A DNA stretch of 64,000 bases from contig NW_027361830.1 of NCBI RefSeq assembly GCF_039654945.1, positions 1-64,000 of the forward strand. Reading direction: 5' to 3'. The stretch comes from Dendrobates tinctorius (Eukaryota). The notes under the pieces were generated by a model that was given only the letters and a program-made list of their open reading frames with translations, did no database searches and was not told where the DNA came from. This document shows positions 13,135 to 24,409 of the stretch, in pieces; position 1 is the stretch's first letter, and the number at the start of each line of letters is the position of its first letter. The translations under genes were made by a program, and so were the position numbers.

Positions 13135-14207
13135 TTAGACGTTCAACCAAGCAGAACACCACTGTGGTCATAGTTAGTGGCCGGCTTCTGCGGAGCAGCT
13201 TCTATTGGCTTGTACCAGTTAGCTTCCACTAAACGGTGTGGCAGAGCGGTGGTGTTCTGCACCATACACTTATTACATATGATGATCGTGGGGGTGCCGA
13301 ATGTTGGACGTATTAGTACACAAGAAATCAGCCAATTTTGAGAACTGTTTTGCGCATGACTGCCATCACTGACAATTGTACATCTACATAGAAAGGGCAG
13401 ACTGACTAAGCTAAAGGCGATAGAATTTTGGCTCAGTTTGTGCCAAAAAAGTCTTTTACGACTTGTACCATATTTATGCCTTGATTGACAATGGGGTGTG
13501 AAAAGTGATGTGCACCAAAAATGCTTCAAAACTATTCCTACAAATTTTGGGAACAAAGCCCATTGGTAGAAGAGACAGTGTGAAGATGCACCAGATGTAT
13601 CAATGTAAACGAGCCAGTGTGATCAATTTGGTGACTGGTCTATATCTACATTGTCTCTCAAGCATAGATATGTAAAAAGGTGTAACGCCATATAATTACA
13701 CATATATGGTATTGCCATACTACCCATACCATAGGAGAGGTGAAGAGGCTCATTCACTTATTTCTATGGGAATTCCAAAATGGCCAATCACACTTAATAA
13801 TAAGAGAACGAGAATGTGCGGCCAACTGTACTTTGACAGCATTGCACAAATCGTGCATCGTCATAAGGTAGATGCCCATCTATCATATATTTATGACGTA
13901 CCCTGTAGAAGATGGTAATAACCCTTGAATTGGTTTTTTTACATTACTATTGTCTATTAGTTTCTAATTGCATTAAAATTAACATTTTAATGCAATTAAA
14001 ACAAGATTAGATAACGTTTTCTGTCTTCAGGTAGCTCTTGTAATACAAGGCTTGTTCTGTTGGAAACAATAATGGATGGAGAAAAAAGTGACTACTGTAT
14101 TAGCCATATTTTCTATGAGTAGTAATCATATTAATCTGGTCATATTTGTATACACAAATGGTACTTCTCCGTAAAGAAAAAGCTGATAGCCCCGTTTTCT
14201 CTTGCAG

Positions 14208-14376
14208 GGATAGAACTTTGCCCTCCGGGCCACAGATTCATGATTACAATGGTGGCCAGTTTCATTGGAATGGCAGGACAATTTCTTCTGCCAGGGTTGG
14301 CAGCTCTCTGTAGAGACTGGCAGATCCTCCAGGCTGTCATAATCTGCCCTTTTATTCTGATGCTTTCCTACTGGTA
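14208..14376 (+). CDS. SLC22A23: SLC22A23 internal coding exon (169 nt)
   Basis: ttgcag|GG ATA GAA CTT TGC...TAC TGG TA|gtaagt; encodes (R)IELCPPGHRFMITMVASFIGMAGQFLLPGLAALCRDWQILQAVIICPFILMLSYW, typical of SLC22A23. Not in the ORF track. Confidence 0.95.
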
Positions 14377-14436
14377 GTAAGTATGCACATCCTTTATATG
14401 AGTTGGGCATGGGAGATATGCAAACTTTAAGGTTCT

Positions 14437-14596
14437 NNNNNNNNNNNNNNNNNNNNNNNNNNNNNNNNNNNNNNNNNNNNNNNNNNNNNNNNNNNNNNNN
14501 NNNNNNNNNNNNNNNNNNNNNNNNNNNNNNNNNNNNNNNNNNNNNNNNNNNNNNNNNNNNNNNNNNNNNNNNNNNNNNNNNNNNNNNNNNNNNNNN
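14437..14596. other. Assembly gap (160 N)
   Basis: Run of N inside an SLC22A23 intron. The flanking exons join in phase, so no exon appears to be missing. Confidence 1.
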
Positions 14597-14839
14597 AAAG
14601 GGATTACAAATAAGGACTTTATAAGTATTGGGTTATTCCCTGTAACACTGGAGCCTCTTTGCATCCCCTTACCAAGTCTTATTTCGCCCACAATTGCTAA
14701 ATATCCCAAAACAACTCCAGGTCTAAAAAATGTACGACCATAGCGAGCATGTGCAACTTTTTGTAGTTCTGGTCAGCTTTGTTTTTCTGTACATACAAGC
14801 GTATAAAATGTGCCGTCTATGGTTGTTATTTGCCTACAG

Positions 14840-14967
14840 CATCTTTCCCGAATCTTTGAGGTGGTTAATGGCCACAATGCAGTTTGATGCTTCCAAGAAG
14901 CAAATTCTTCAAACTATTCACAAGAACAGAGTGAACACCGAAAGTGACACCAAAGGAGTAATGCCAG
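14840..14967 (+). CDS. SLC22A23: SLC22A23 coding exon (128 nt)
   Basis: ctacag|C ATC TTT CCC GAA...ATG CCA G|gtacgg; (Y)IFPESLRWLMATMQFDASKKQILQTIHKNRVNTESDTKGVMP, with the SLC22 PESxRWL motif. Confidence 0.95.
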
Positions 14968-15287
14968 GTACGGATTGTGCGCCTCCAATGTGACGCAGCC
15001 TGCTACTGATATTTGTTTTCTCTAAATAATTTTCTATAAAGAGTTGATCAGGCAGTTTATTTTATTGTAAGTGACCCTCTGCCTAGTTCTAAAAGGGTGA
15101 CCGCATTCTCCAAGCACTTGTACCTCCTGTTCTCCCTAAGTGGCAATGAACAAGAACAAAGTGCTTCCAGCATGGGCAGATGATTGTGGAACTATTTGCC
15201 GTAAGGATTTCCAGTATAGAGCCAGGTACTGGATATTAGGAAGGATATATGAATATTAGATTAATTTATATCCACCATACTTTACAG

Positions 15288-15390
15288 AATTGGAAAGGGA
15301 GCTCGCAAGAAGACCTAAGAAAGTTTGTATTGTGAAAGTCGTGGGAACCAGGAACCTATGGAAGAATATACTCGTCCTTTGTGTTAATTC
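15288..15390 (+). CDS. SLC22A23: SLC22A23 coding exon (103 nt)
   Basis: ttacag|AA TTG GAA AGG...AAT TC|gtaagt; (E)LERELARRPKKVCIVKVVGTRNLWKNILVLCVN(S); phases match both neighbours. Confidence 0.95.
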
Positions 15391-15712
15391 GTAAGTCGAC
15401 CTATATGTATATCATGATCACGATGCCCCGATGTTTGTGGATGCGGCATCCTCCTATATGTCGCATGTTTTGTGACGGATGACCGTTTGTGTATATACAC
15501 CAAAGAACCGAAGAGCTGTACAATCTGTGATGAAGAGCAGAGATGAGTGAATATATTCAGAAACGATCGTCAAACATAAATTCGGTACGAATATGGCAAA
15601 TTCGGATTCGGCAATCGTTTTCCAAACATATTCTCTCACCTCTACTAATGAGTGCAGGAGGGGATCCTGCGACTCCCAACTAGTTACACTCAAGTAGATA
15701 TTTATGTCTTGG

Positions 15713-16053
15713 TTAAAGGGAATCTGCAAGCAGATTTTTGCTTCCTCATGTGAGAGCCATGTAATGTAGGAAAAGAGACCCTTAATCCAACAATGTATCA
15801 CTTGGATTACTGCCTGCAGCATTTGTGACACATAGTCTATTGACAGTGAGCTGCTTATCACGGGGGGTCGGAGTCAGACCAGGAGGCAAGCGGACAGTTT
15901 GTCACAGCAATGATGATGTCCTTGTGATAAAACCTTCACTGTAAGCAAACCACACACAGTTTAAGTGACACATCGCTGAATTCTGTGTTTTAAACTCACG
16001 TCTCATGGTATCCTCAGATTGCAAAGCAAAAACCTGCTGACAGTCCCTTTTAA
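15713..16053. mobile_element. TTAA-target MITE, same family as 4388-4809
   Basis: TTAAAGGGAATCTGCAAGCAG...CTGCTGACAGTCCCTTTTAA; shares internal sequence with the 4.4-kb copy. Confidence 0.6.
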
Positions 16054-16369
16054 ATATTGGGAAACTCTAGTATTCTACATATCACAGGTAAGTAGCACAA
16101 AAATAAAACATTGCACTCTTCTGAGCCAAGTAGGCCTCCCTGACCATCTCTGACTTCTTTTAGAAGAAAGGTGCTGTGGAGCGCGTGGTGCAATCCTAGT
16201 TGGCCAGTTAGCTGTTTTCCTTGAGGGCCTTTTATTGTTCTTGTCATTGATGTACCACATAAAAAGAGAATGGCGATAATATGATGGTATATAATATCTT
16301 GGTAATGTGTTGACTTTTCTAAGAGGCAAACATAACTTTTTAATTGTATCCTTGTGTAATCATTTCCAG

Positions 16370-16602
16370 GTTGACTGGATATGGGATACACCACTGTTTT
16401 GCTAAAAGTCTGATGGACCCTGAAGTCAATATGAACATGATGCACAACTTCTATGCCAACTACTTTGCCATGGCAGGAATTACATTGGCATCTTGTCTGG
16501 CAATGTGTCCTGTTGTTGGATTTTTGGGAAGAAGGGGAGGGTTGCTACTGTTCATGATACTAACAGCTTTGGCATCACTTCTTCAGCTTGGTCTTCTGAA
16601 TT
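16370..16602 (+). CDS. SLC22A23: SLC22A23 coding exon (233 nt)
   Basis: ttccag|G TTG ACT GGA TAT...CTG AAT T|gtaagt; LTGYGIHHCFAKS...FLGRRGGLLLFMILTALASLLQLGLLN. Confidence 0.95.
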
Positions 16603-17633
16603 GTAAGTAGTTATTTATGTGACCATATCATCTGCTGCATTAGTGTACTAGACGTGACTGGTTTTGGCTTTCTCTTGGAGAACACAGGATCACTCGCTGA
16701 GCGAGCGCTCATTATATGGGATAGATGGTCAATATCATTACCGGCCAAACCGTAATTCGGCCAACAGCCATCTGATGTGAATGGTGGAACTTAAGTCTTA
16801 TTGCACAGGTGGCATTGACAGATATGATAGGTGTCCAAGTCTAAAGAATTTACATTGGGCCTAACAGCTAATAGTAACGTTTTTGTCTATGATAAGAATC
16901 ATTGTACCTCTGTGCAAATGCACCCTACACAAAAGAAACCTTCAAGGGGTTTCTTCAGATTAATGAAGAAAGCCATTCACGTACACGGCCACCACTTTAT
17001 TTCTGACTGATACATCAGCTCGTGGGCCAGGAGCCGTTTGCCCCATTTCTTGAAATTGTCTGATTGAAGCAACACCACAACATATTCTAGATTTATCATT
17101 AATGTGTAGTAGTCAGTGCTGCTTAGCCGTGAAATGGGAGTATTCAAGAATTTCTATGCCTCATTCACATGTCAGCTGGTTTTTGTTTCTTTAGATTTTA
17201 AGAAAATGTTTAATATTAATCTTGATCAGTATTTGTTCGATTTTCATCAGTTCTTTTATGGTCCATGTGTCCGTTTTTACTATCAGTGTGGCATTCATTT
17301 TTCCCATATGCACAAATAAAAAAAAAATAAAGGTTTTCATATTTCTCTTGCTCCTTTTCCATACCTGAATGAGCAATTTTTAACTGCAGATCTGGATAAA
17401 AAATTACATGTCAGCTTTTAATTGCGGAGAGATATATAAACTTGCTAATAGACTATAGTGGATATGTGTGGAATTGAATAGAACACATGCGCATGGAGCC
17501 TCTAATCACCATTGTATTATGTGCTGCAGTACCTTCTGTACTAGGCCATTTTTCAGAAGTCTACTTTTTAAAGTGCATTCCGAAACAATACATACGAGTA
17601 TGTGCTTTTAAAAGTGTGTCTTCTGAAGACTGA

Positions 17634-17979
17634 GGCTGTGTTCACACACAGCGGGGTTTTTTTGCAATTTCCCCCCCCCGTGGATTTGCCAAAAATCCGC
17701 GGGAAAAACGTGAAAAAGAAGCTTCCCATTCATTTCTATGCATTTTGCACTTTTTGTGCACATTGATGCGTTTTCTACTGCGAAAAAAAAAACCCCGTAT
17801 CGCGGTAAAAAACGCAGCATGCTCGTTTTTTTTCCGCGTTTCTGGCTTTTTCCATGTGTCTAGAAATCGCGCGGAAAAAAACGCAAAAAAAAGCGCAAAA
17901 ATCGCTGTAAAAACGCGCGGTTTCTGGGAAGGGAGTCCTGTTTTTCAGCAGAAAATTTCTGCTATGTGTGCACTTAGCC
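17634..17979. mobile_element. TWA-target MITE
   Basis: GGCTGTGTTCACACA...TGTGTGCACTTAGCC termini, followed by TTA. Confidence 0.7.
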
Positions 17980-18414
17980 TTACAGTTCAGAACAGCAAGG
18001 TTGGAAGGATGGTCTGAACCGTGCAGTTTCTGATGCTGCTAGCAGAGGTAACGTTGCCTCTGCAGCATGAGTGTAGCACTGGGACTTTGAAAATACCCGG
18101 ATCCAGCCATTAAATTTTAACCAACAAAAAGTTGTGCAAACTTTGTTACTGTTTTTAGGGTTTTTACACTGGTCCCGGCCAGCTGACGGCTTTTTGAAAA
18201 AGTGGGCAAAGCTCAAAGAGGCATGACCAAATGCACGCAACAGATTTATTATAATTTACACCACGAATTACAAAGCAAAGTACGCAAGCCCCTGGCTGAT
18301 GGACATTTCTGCATTATGTTCATTCTGTTTTGTATTGTGCAATGTAACTGAGAATTGAGATAACGGTAATTTTCTTCTCGATTTCCTTTTTCCTCCTCTG
18401 CTGTTTGGGAATAG

Positions 18415-18447
18415 TGATTGGAAAATACGCGCAGCGGCCTGACATGG
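18415..18447 (+). CDS. SLC22A23: SLC22A23 33-nt micro-exon
   Basis: Polypyrimidine tract...aatag|TG ATT GGA AAA TAC GCG CAG CGG CCT GAC ATG G|gtaaga; (L)IGKYAQRPDM(G), matching human LIGKYSQHPDSG (from memory). Phase 1-1. Confidence 0.9.
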
Positions 18448-18578
18448 GTAAGATCTCATTCCCAAGTCTTTATTTTATAGTTTGTTATGTTTAAGACATA
18501 TTGGCAAGATTTGTAATAGTTGTCTTTAAATTGCCTTGAATATGTTAATTATGAGGTTGTGTTTGATATATTTTTTAG

Positions 18579-18702
18579 GTATGAGTGAAACAGTGAAGAA
18601 TAAATTCTCCGTCATCTTCTCCATTATCGGGATGTTCTCCTCTCATGCAGTTGGCAGCTTAAGTGTGTTTTTCTGTGCTGAAATCACCCCCACTGTGATC
18701 AG
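18579..18702 (+). CDS. SLC22A23: SLC22A23 coding exon (124 nt)
   Basis: ttttag|GT ATG AGT GAA...GTG ATC AG|gtacat; MSETVKNKFSVIFSIIGMFSSHAVGSLSVFFCAEITPTVIR. Confidence 0.95.
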
Positions 18703-20750
18703 GTACATACATTACTTCTACCTATGCTGCGATCGTGTCACTGCTGATTCTATTAGTCATTTCTGGGCATCCGGTTACTGACGTCACTGAATTCTCTTAT
18801 CTTTGATGCCAGACCGATTATTATTATTATGCGTTGCTTATATAGCACTATCATATTCCACAGCGTTTTACATACAGTACCATGTAAAAGTTTGGGGACC
18901 CCTGGTCAAAATTACTGTTATTTTTTTTTCCCCAGAAATTTTTTTTCTAGCATATGTGGGAAATACTGCAATGTGTTTACTATTAAAATCAATGATCGGC
19001 TTATTCAAAGGATATTTGAAGCAGTTTTTTTTTTTTTTAACGTGAATTTTGGTGCAGAATCTCCTCCAAAATCCACAGTGCTAAACTCCCTAAATTTTAT
19101 ATGCTCATGTTGTCTTTTTCAGGTGGATTTTGCTGAGAAGCGCCCCATAAAGTGAACAAAGTGCACAGCAATGTTAAAGCAACATTGCTGTGCACGTTCT
19201 GGAAACTCCGAAATGGTAAAACATGTGACCTGTTCTGAAACTTGCCGACTCTGCATGCTTAACACTATATAGTGAGAGAGGATGGCAGAGCTGCCAGCGT
19301 TTTCCTGAAGTGGCTTTGTCTGAGAAAACTTGGCAGCTGTACCGGTGTCCCAGTCATCCCATGTGCACATACATGTTGAGTTTTTGTCACTTCAGTAAAC
19401 CACTGGCAGCATTTTTCCAGAAGCGTGGTCTTTGGCGTCTCTTTGGGCACTTTTCCACCAGCTTTTTTTTTTCAACTGTATACATAAAATAGTTCAGCAG
19501 CTTCCAAATGGAAGACCCCTGATGAAAGGACTAGTCACCGTTAGCCACTTGATGGCTTTCAAAGTCTGACGTGGGTAAAATAAGCAGAAAAAGACTTAAC
19601 ATAAGCACCATAAGCCGTTGTGACATAGCAGTGCATGTGTTAATTCTTTTTAGCATTTTTTTTTTTCCTGGGATTTCAGGTGGAACCCACCTGAAAGACA
19701 GCGCAAACTTACCCCTTAACATTCTGGGGCCAAAATGTGGAGTGTTTTTTTCTGACACAAATTCTTCAAGATTTGACGTATGGCGCTTTTTTCCCCATGT
19801 TAAAAGAAAAAAAATCTGCTGGGGAACAAAAAAACGGCACCATGTGCAATAAGGCTTGTTTTCCATTAAAATCCAGCATATTTGAAGCTTTTCTTGATAA
19901 GGGTTTTGGCTTACAATCCACACTGTGTGAACATATGCTTACATTACGTTAAAGCTTACTGGTATAGACCGCCATCTCTACTATGGCATTGTCTGTCTGC
20001 TCTCACCGGAGTTCATTGACCTGATTTTACTCTTGAGATGGAACTGCTGTGTCCGTCACTCAGATCTGTCTTTCTGCAGTCATAGAGAAGTAGGGTTAAT
20101 GTAAGTCACATTGCAAAACTGTGTGAAAGGTTGTGCTCTTCTGTGCACCCTAGTACGGGTTTATTGGAAAGGACGCCGCCGACACCCGGGGGTAGGACTG
20201 ATGACTGCTTACTCTGCTATTCCAGTTCCACTAAACTCACCAGATCATCATGAGCTGAGCTGCGGAGACAGATCTGTATTACTGGGCTGTAGCATAGGAG
20301 ATGACTGAATGCGGAGAATGCAGCCTACAGATTCACTGCAGAACAAGGGAAATCATTGAAGAAAGCCTTGTGTACTAGGCTTCTGCTTACTGCTCTTCCA
20401 GTTAGCACTGAATGCTGTAGGTGCTCTTGGAAAGCAAGGCAAGAGAAGCAGTTGTTGCTTGGCATGCTGTAGGACATGCTACCAAGAACTTGAATTCCTG
20501 CACATAACAGATCCCATTAGTCACAACCAATTATTTGAGTGATCTAGCTGTAGTCTATCCATTGGAGATAGCACAAGAGGCATGGAGAGTGAGGTTGTAC
20601 GTGCAATGGCCTAACCGTAATACAAATAGGCTCTTCAGAGAGGGAGAGGAACTCCAGTGCCACATATTTGAATCCTAAAACTCAATGTCGCCCCCTCTTA
20701 AAGGGCGTTCCGACATTACTTAGGATAAGAAGGCAAACTAGAAACTCCAT

Positions 20751-20793
20751 TTGCAGACACGTGTTCTAGTGTGTTTGCTCCTCATCAGTGCAA
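20751..20793 (-). ncRNA. Degenerate type I hammerhead ribozyme relic
   Basis: Minus strand TTGCA CTGATGA GGAGCAAACACACTA GAA CACGTGTC TGCAA; one A is missing from GAAA and stem II is eroded. Confidence 0.5.
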
Positions 20794-22812
20794 AACAGGA
20801 AAACTTGTTTGGCTGGGTGAGAGGCTTCTAACAGAGGATTTGGTGGTTAGATTTTAGGGTACGGTAGATCACAAACTATTTTATAAGAAAAAACAGAACT
20901 ACAAATTCCCAGATATAATTTTTTTTTCCTGCATTCTCCTAAAAAAAATCTTTTCATCAATTCTCTTGAATATTATTCTATACTGAGACTTGTCCTTTTA
21001 AATATATCCATAAGAGTTCTAGTTGGTGGAACTGTGGTCTCCATTACTACATTATAGGACTGCCATCGTGTGCTTGATTTGGCCCAAGCTCTACTAGTTT
21101 AGATGGTGCCAAATCTTGCACGGGTTTCCGCTGGTCACTCAGTTTAACCGGTTCCCAATTAGAGATGGAGCTTTGTCTACTGTGTCACAGTGTAGGGCAC
21201 TTGAACGGCTGACATTTATCTGTATTGAATTTGAATGGTTTTATTTTTTCATGTTAAGATATTTTGTAAGGGGAAATTGTATTTGTTTTTACTTTTTTAA
21301 TGTTTTCTCCTCCTGTAATTTACCATGGCTGCCCTATCATTGACCTGTCTTTAGGATAGGTCCTCATTATTCGGATCTGACACTTAGGAATAATGGTTGT
21401 GCAGTGCTGGGGTCCTGTATGAAGTCTGTATGGTCTCACGGTATGTGTGCGTTTCCTGCCACACTCCAAAAACCTGCTGATTGGTTGACTTCCGCTAAAA
21501 GGGAACGTCCCCTTTTAGTACATATTTGTACCTGGGTGCAGTTTGGTATTAAAACAAACAGACCCAAGTTATCCTCACCTTCCTCGGGTCCAGCACGGAG
21601 TGTCCACCACTGCTCCCAGTGTCTGGTATGGACTCGCTTGCCAATAGCATGGCCGCCTATCGGTGAGCTTAGCAGTTTTTGAGTGGGGTGATCTGTTGTG
21701 GGGTGGGTTTTTTTTGTTTTTTTATACCAGACTGTGCCCGGTGATTTAAGATTTCCTGAAATGGGACAGTGCCTTTGCATTGAGCTCATGGCGCTGAATA
21801 CTAATTTGATTGGCTCATTACCAGTCATTTTAGAACTCTCCTAACGTCAGTGGCACAATGCCTATGCTGGGACGTGATCAGATGGCACCTTGCTCTGCTA
21901 TCCGGAAAAGCCATTTTATTTCCTCATACAGATACATAAAGCCCGTTTATCTGAGCGCTATGTGCAACTCGACAAACCAGAAAATGTTGTATACCCAGGA
22001 TGTGGTGCATCTGTAGCTGGCGGGCCGGATGACATTGTCACTTCCACCGGTTGCCGAGCCAAAGTGGATAAATGTATTCTCTGTTGGGCACATTGGCTCA
22101 GCATTAATGAGCATTCCGCTCTAATAGAAGCCATCTACCAATAAGTGAATGAACCCGTGTATGTACTAATGCTGACGCTTTCCTCGCACTTAGCTGCTAT
22201 AACCCTGCGCTCTCGGGCTCGAATTTTCTGACACTTTTTGTACATATGGATTGTGGCCGATGTAATAACTGGTTAATGATACATTTCCCATATTCTGCCC
22301 ATTGTTGCATCACTATACGATCCTGTCTGGTTCTGATACTCCCTCAATGAGTCCTCTTGTCTGGTAAATATTCCCACCGCGGGGACATCTTAGTCCCTGA
22401 AGTTAATTAACTGCAGCACTTAAGAATAAGGAAATCTTGTATTATTATTATTTTTTACTAACCCCTCTTTATAGAAATAATGTGGAAAAATATTATAGAA
22501 ATAAATTACAGCATACCCCATCCTTTCACACAAAACCTGTAGAAAAGCATGATCTTCCTGCCTGCTTGGACCACTCGTTGAAACGGCTTCAAATGCCCAT
22601 ACTAGAAAAAATATGAAAAAATGCAATGTGTGAATGGAGCCTAAGCTTCTTACTTTAGAGGGCACTTTAGGTTGGCAACACATAGTTTTTCCTTTAGTAA
22701 GGACCACGCTGCAGGTTTGTCGAACAAAGTCAGTATTAAGCTCGCTTCTCACCAGTACAAGTGCAGGACCCGCGGCTAGATTCATTTCAACTGGCGCTTA
22801 TGAAGCCACTAA

Positions 22813-23638
22813 AGCAAAATAAAGGATGGAATCTCCAGCGCTGGACTTCAGTTAAAAATACATCATTTATTGTAAATTCTTAAAATCGAACAGAAAAAGT
22901 GTGGATAAGGACATACAGGCAGATGGGGTCTCTGGTGGTCTCCAACCTCTGCCAATTTCTCTGAAAAAGACCCTATCCCCGAAATTATAGTTCTAAAGGG
23001 GGGGGGGAACAAATCCTTGTGGATTTTAGGAAACGCATGATAAATGGGAATCACAGGGTTCTTGATATTAACATAATCATAAATTTTCTGTGTTATGGCC
23101 CCTGTGACTAAACCATCGTTTAATAATTTTGACAAATCACACTGAAATTTAGACGTGGGATCACTAGAAATCTTGGAATAGGTAGATCCCACGTCTAAAT
23201 TTCAGTGTGATTTGTCAAAATTATTAAACGATGGTTTAGTCACAGGGGCCATAACACAGAAAATTTATGATTATGTTAATATCAAGAACCCTGTGATTCC
23301 CATTTATCATGCGTTTCCTAAAATCCACAAGGATTTGTTCCCCCCCCCCTTTAGAACTATAATTTCGGGGATAGGGTCTTTTTCAGAGAAATTGGCAGAG
23401 GTTGGAGACCACCAGAGACCCCATCTGCCTGTATGTCCTTATCCACACTTTTTCTGTTCGATTTTAAGAATTTACAATAAATGATGTATTTTTAACTGAA
23501 GTCCAGCGCTGGAGATTCCATCCTTTATTTTGCTTCAGTCAACACCCCTGATCAAGGTGACTCCGTGCGCAGGAGGATTATGGATCGCAACCGAGACTGG
23601 TGAGCTGACCTCCCTTCATTTTCCCTATCCTTCTATAA
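22813..23638. mobile_element. Penelope-like retroelement, inverted insertion with RT fragment
   Basis: 351-bp arms 22812-23162 / 23185-23535; both encode the PKIHK..PFRTIISGIGS Penelope RT N-terminal motif; 15-bp TSD TTATGAAGCCACTAA at 22798-22812 and 23639-23653. Confidence 0.85.
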
Positions 23639-23671
23639 TTATGAAGCCACTAAGTTGTTTCTCTATCATTG

Positions 23672-23689
23672 CCTGCCCTCTAGTGGCCA
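23672..23689 (-). promoter_or_regulatory. CTCF-like binding motif
   Basis: Minus strand TGGCCACTAGAGGGCAGG closely matches the CTCF core consensus. Confidence 0.5.
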
Positions 23690-24051
23690 CAAGGAAACAA
23701 CAAAAAAACAACTCATTTCTGACTTAACCCTGTATTTGTATGATTATTTGGCTGGTTCTTGTAGTGATGACACACTAGAAGATCCATTGCAGAATTGCTA
23801 AAACCAGAGCCTGACCCCACTGACTTTTATAATAGGATCCATTGGGTTTTTATTGTGAAAGGATGTGATCTTTTCTGGGATTCTATGGCGATGGACGCAC
23901 ATGCTACAATGCACACTGGATATATATATGTAAATGTAATGATTGACAAGATAATGGATGCCACCTATGACTTGATTTACTGTGTTTCGTTCTTCCCATA
24001 TGGATTATTATACATTGGTAGCTAATTATTATATTTTGATGTTTTTTTTAG

Positions 24052-24409
24052 GGGTGGAGGCCTGGGTTTGGTCTTGGCTAGTGCCGGCTTTGGGATGCTA
24101 ACAGCCCCCATCATGGAGCTTCACAATCAGAAGGGGTACTTCCTCCACCATGTCATCTTTGCCTGCTGTACTTTGATTTGCATAATTTGCATTCTTCTAC
24201 TGCCTGAAAGTAAGAACCAAAGCCTCCCGGAAAACATCCCTCACGGAGAGCATTATACCCGCCAGCCTCTCCTACCTCACAAGAAAGGAGAGCAACCACT
24301 CTTGTTAACAAACTCTGAACTCAAGGATTACTCTGGTCTCCATGATTCTGTAGCCATGGGGGATGGTGTATCTGAAAACACCACGGTCAATGGTATCAAA
24401 TCAACATAG
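24052..24409 (+). CDS. SLC22A23: SLC22A23 terminal coding exon
   Basis: ttttag|G GGT GGA GGC CTG...TCA ACA TAG; GGGLGLVLASAGFGMLTAPIMELHNQKGYFLHHVIFACC...LLLPESK...QPLLPHKKGEQPLLLTNSELKDYSGLHD. Confidence 0.97.

Noticed and set aside
1-14207. Upstream SLC22A23 exons
   Set aside because: No WDLVC- or GRRPV-type exon was recognised; the region looks like one long intron, though a by-eye search could miss an exon.
21395-21490. SINE-core-like fragment
   Set aside because: Short and highly degenerate, with no A/B boxes or TSD identified.
22340-22400. Possible further hammerhead (CTCAATGAGTCCTC...GGGGAC)
   Set aside because: Both the CTGANGA and GAAA core segments are broken; too degenerate to support.
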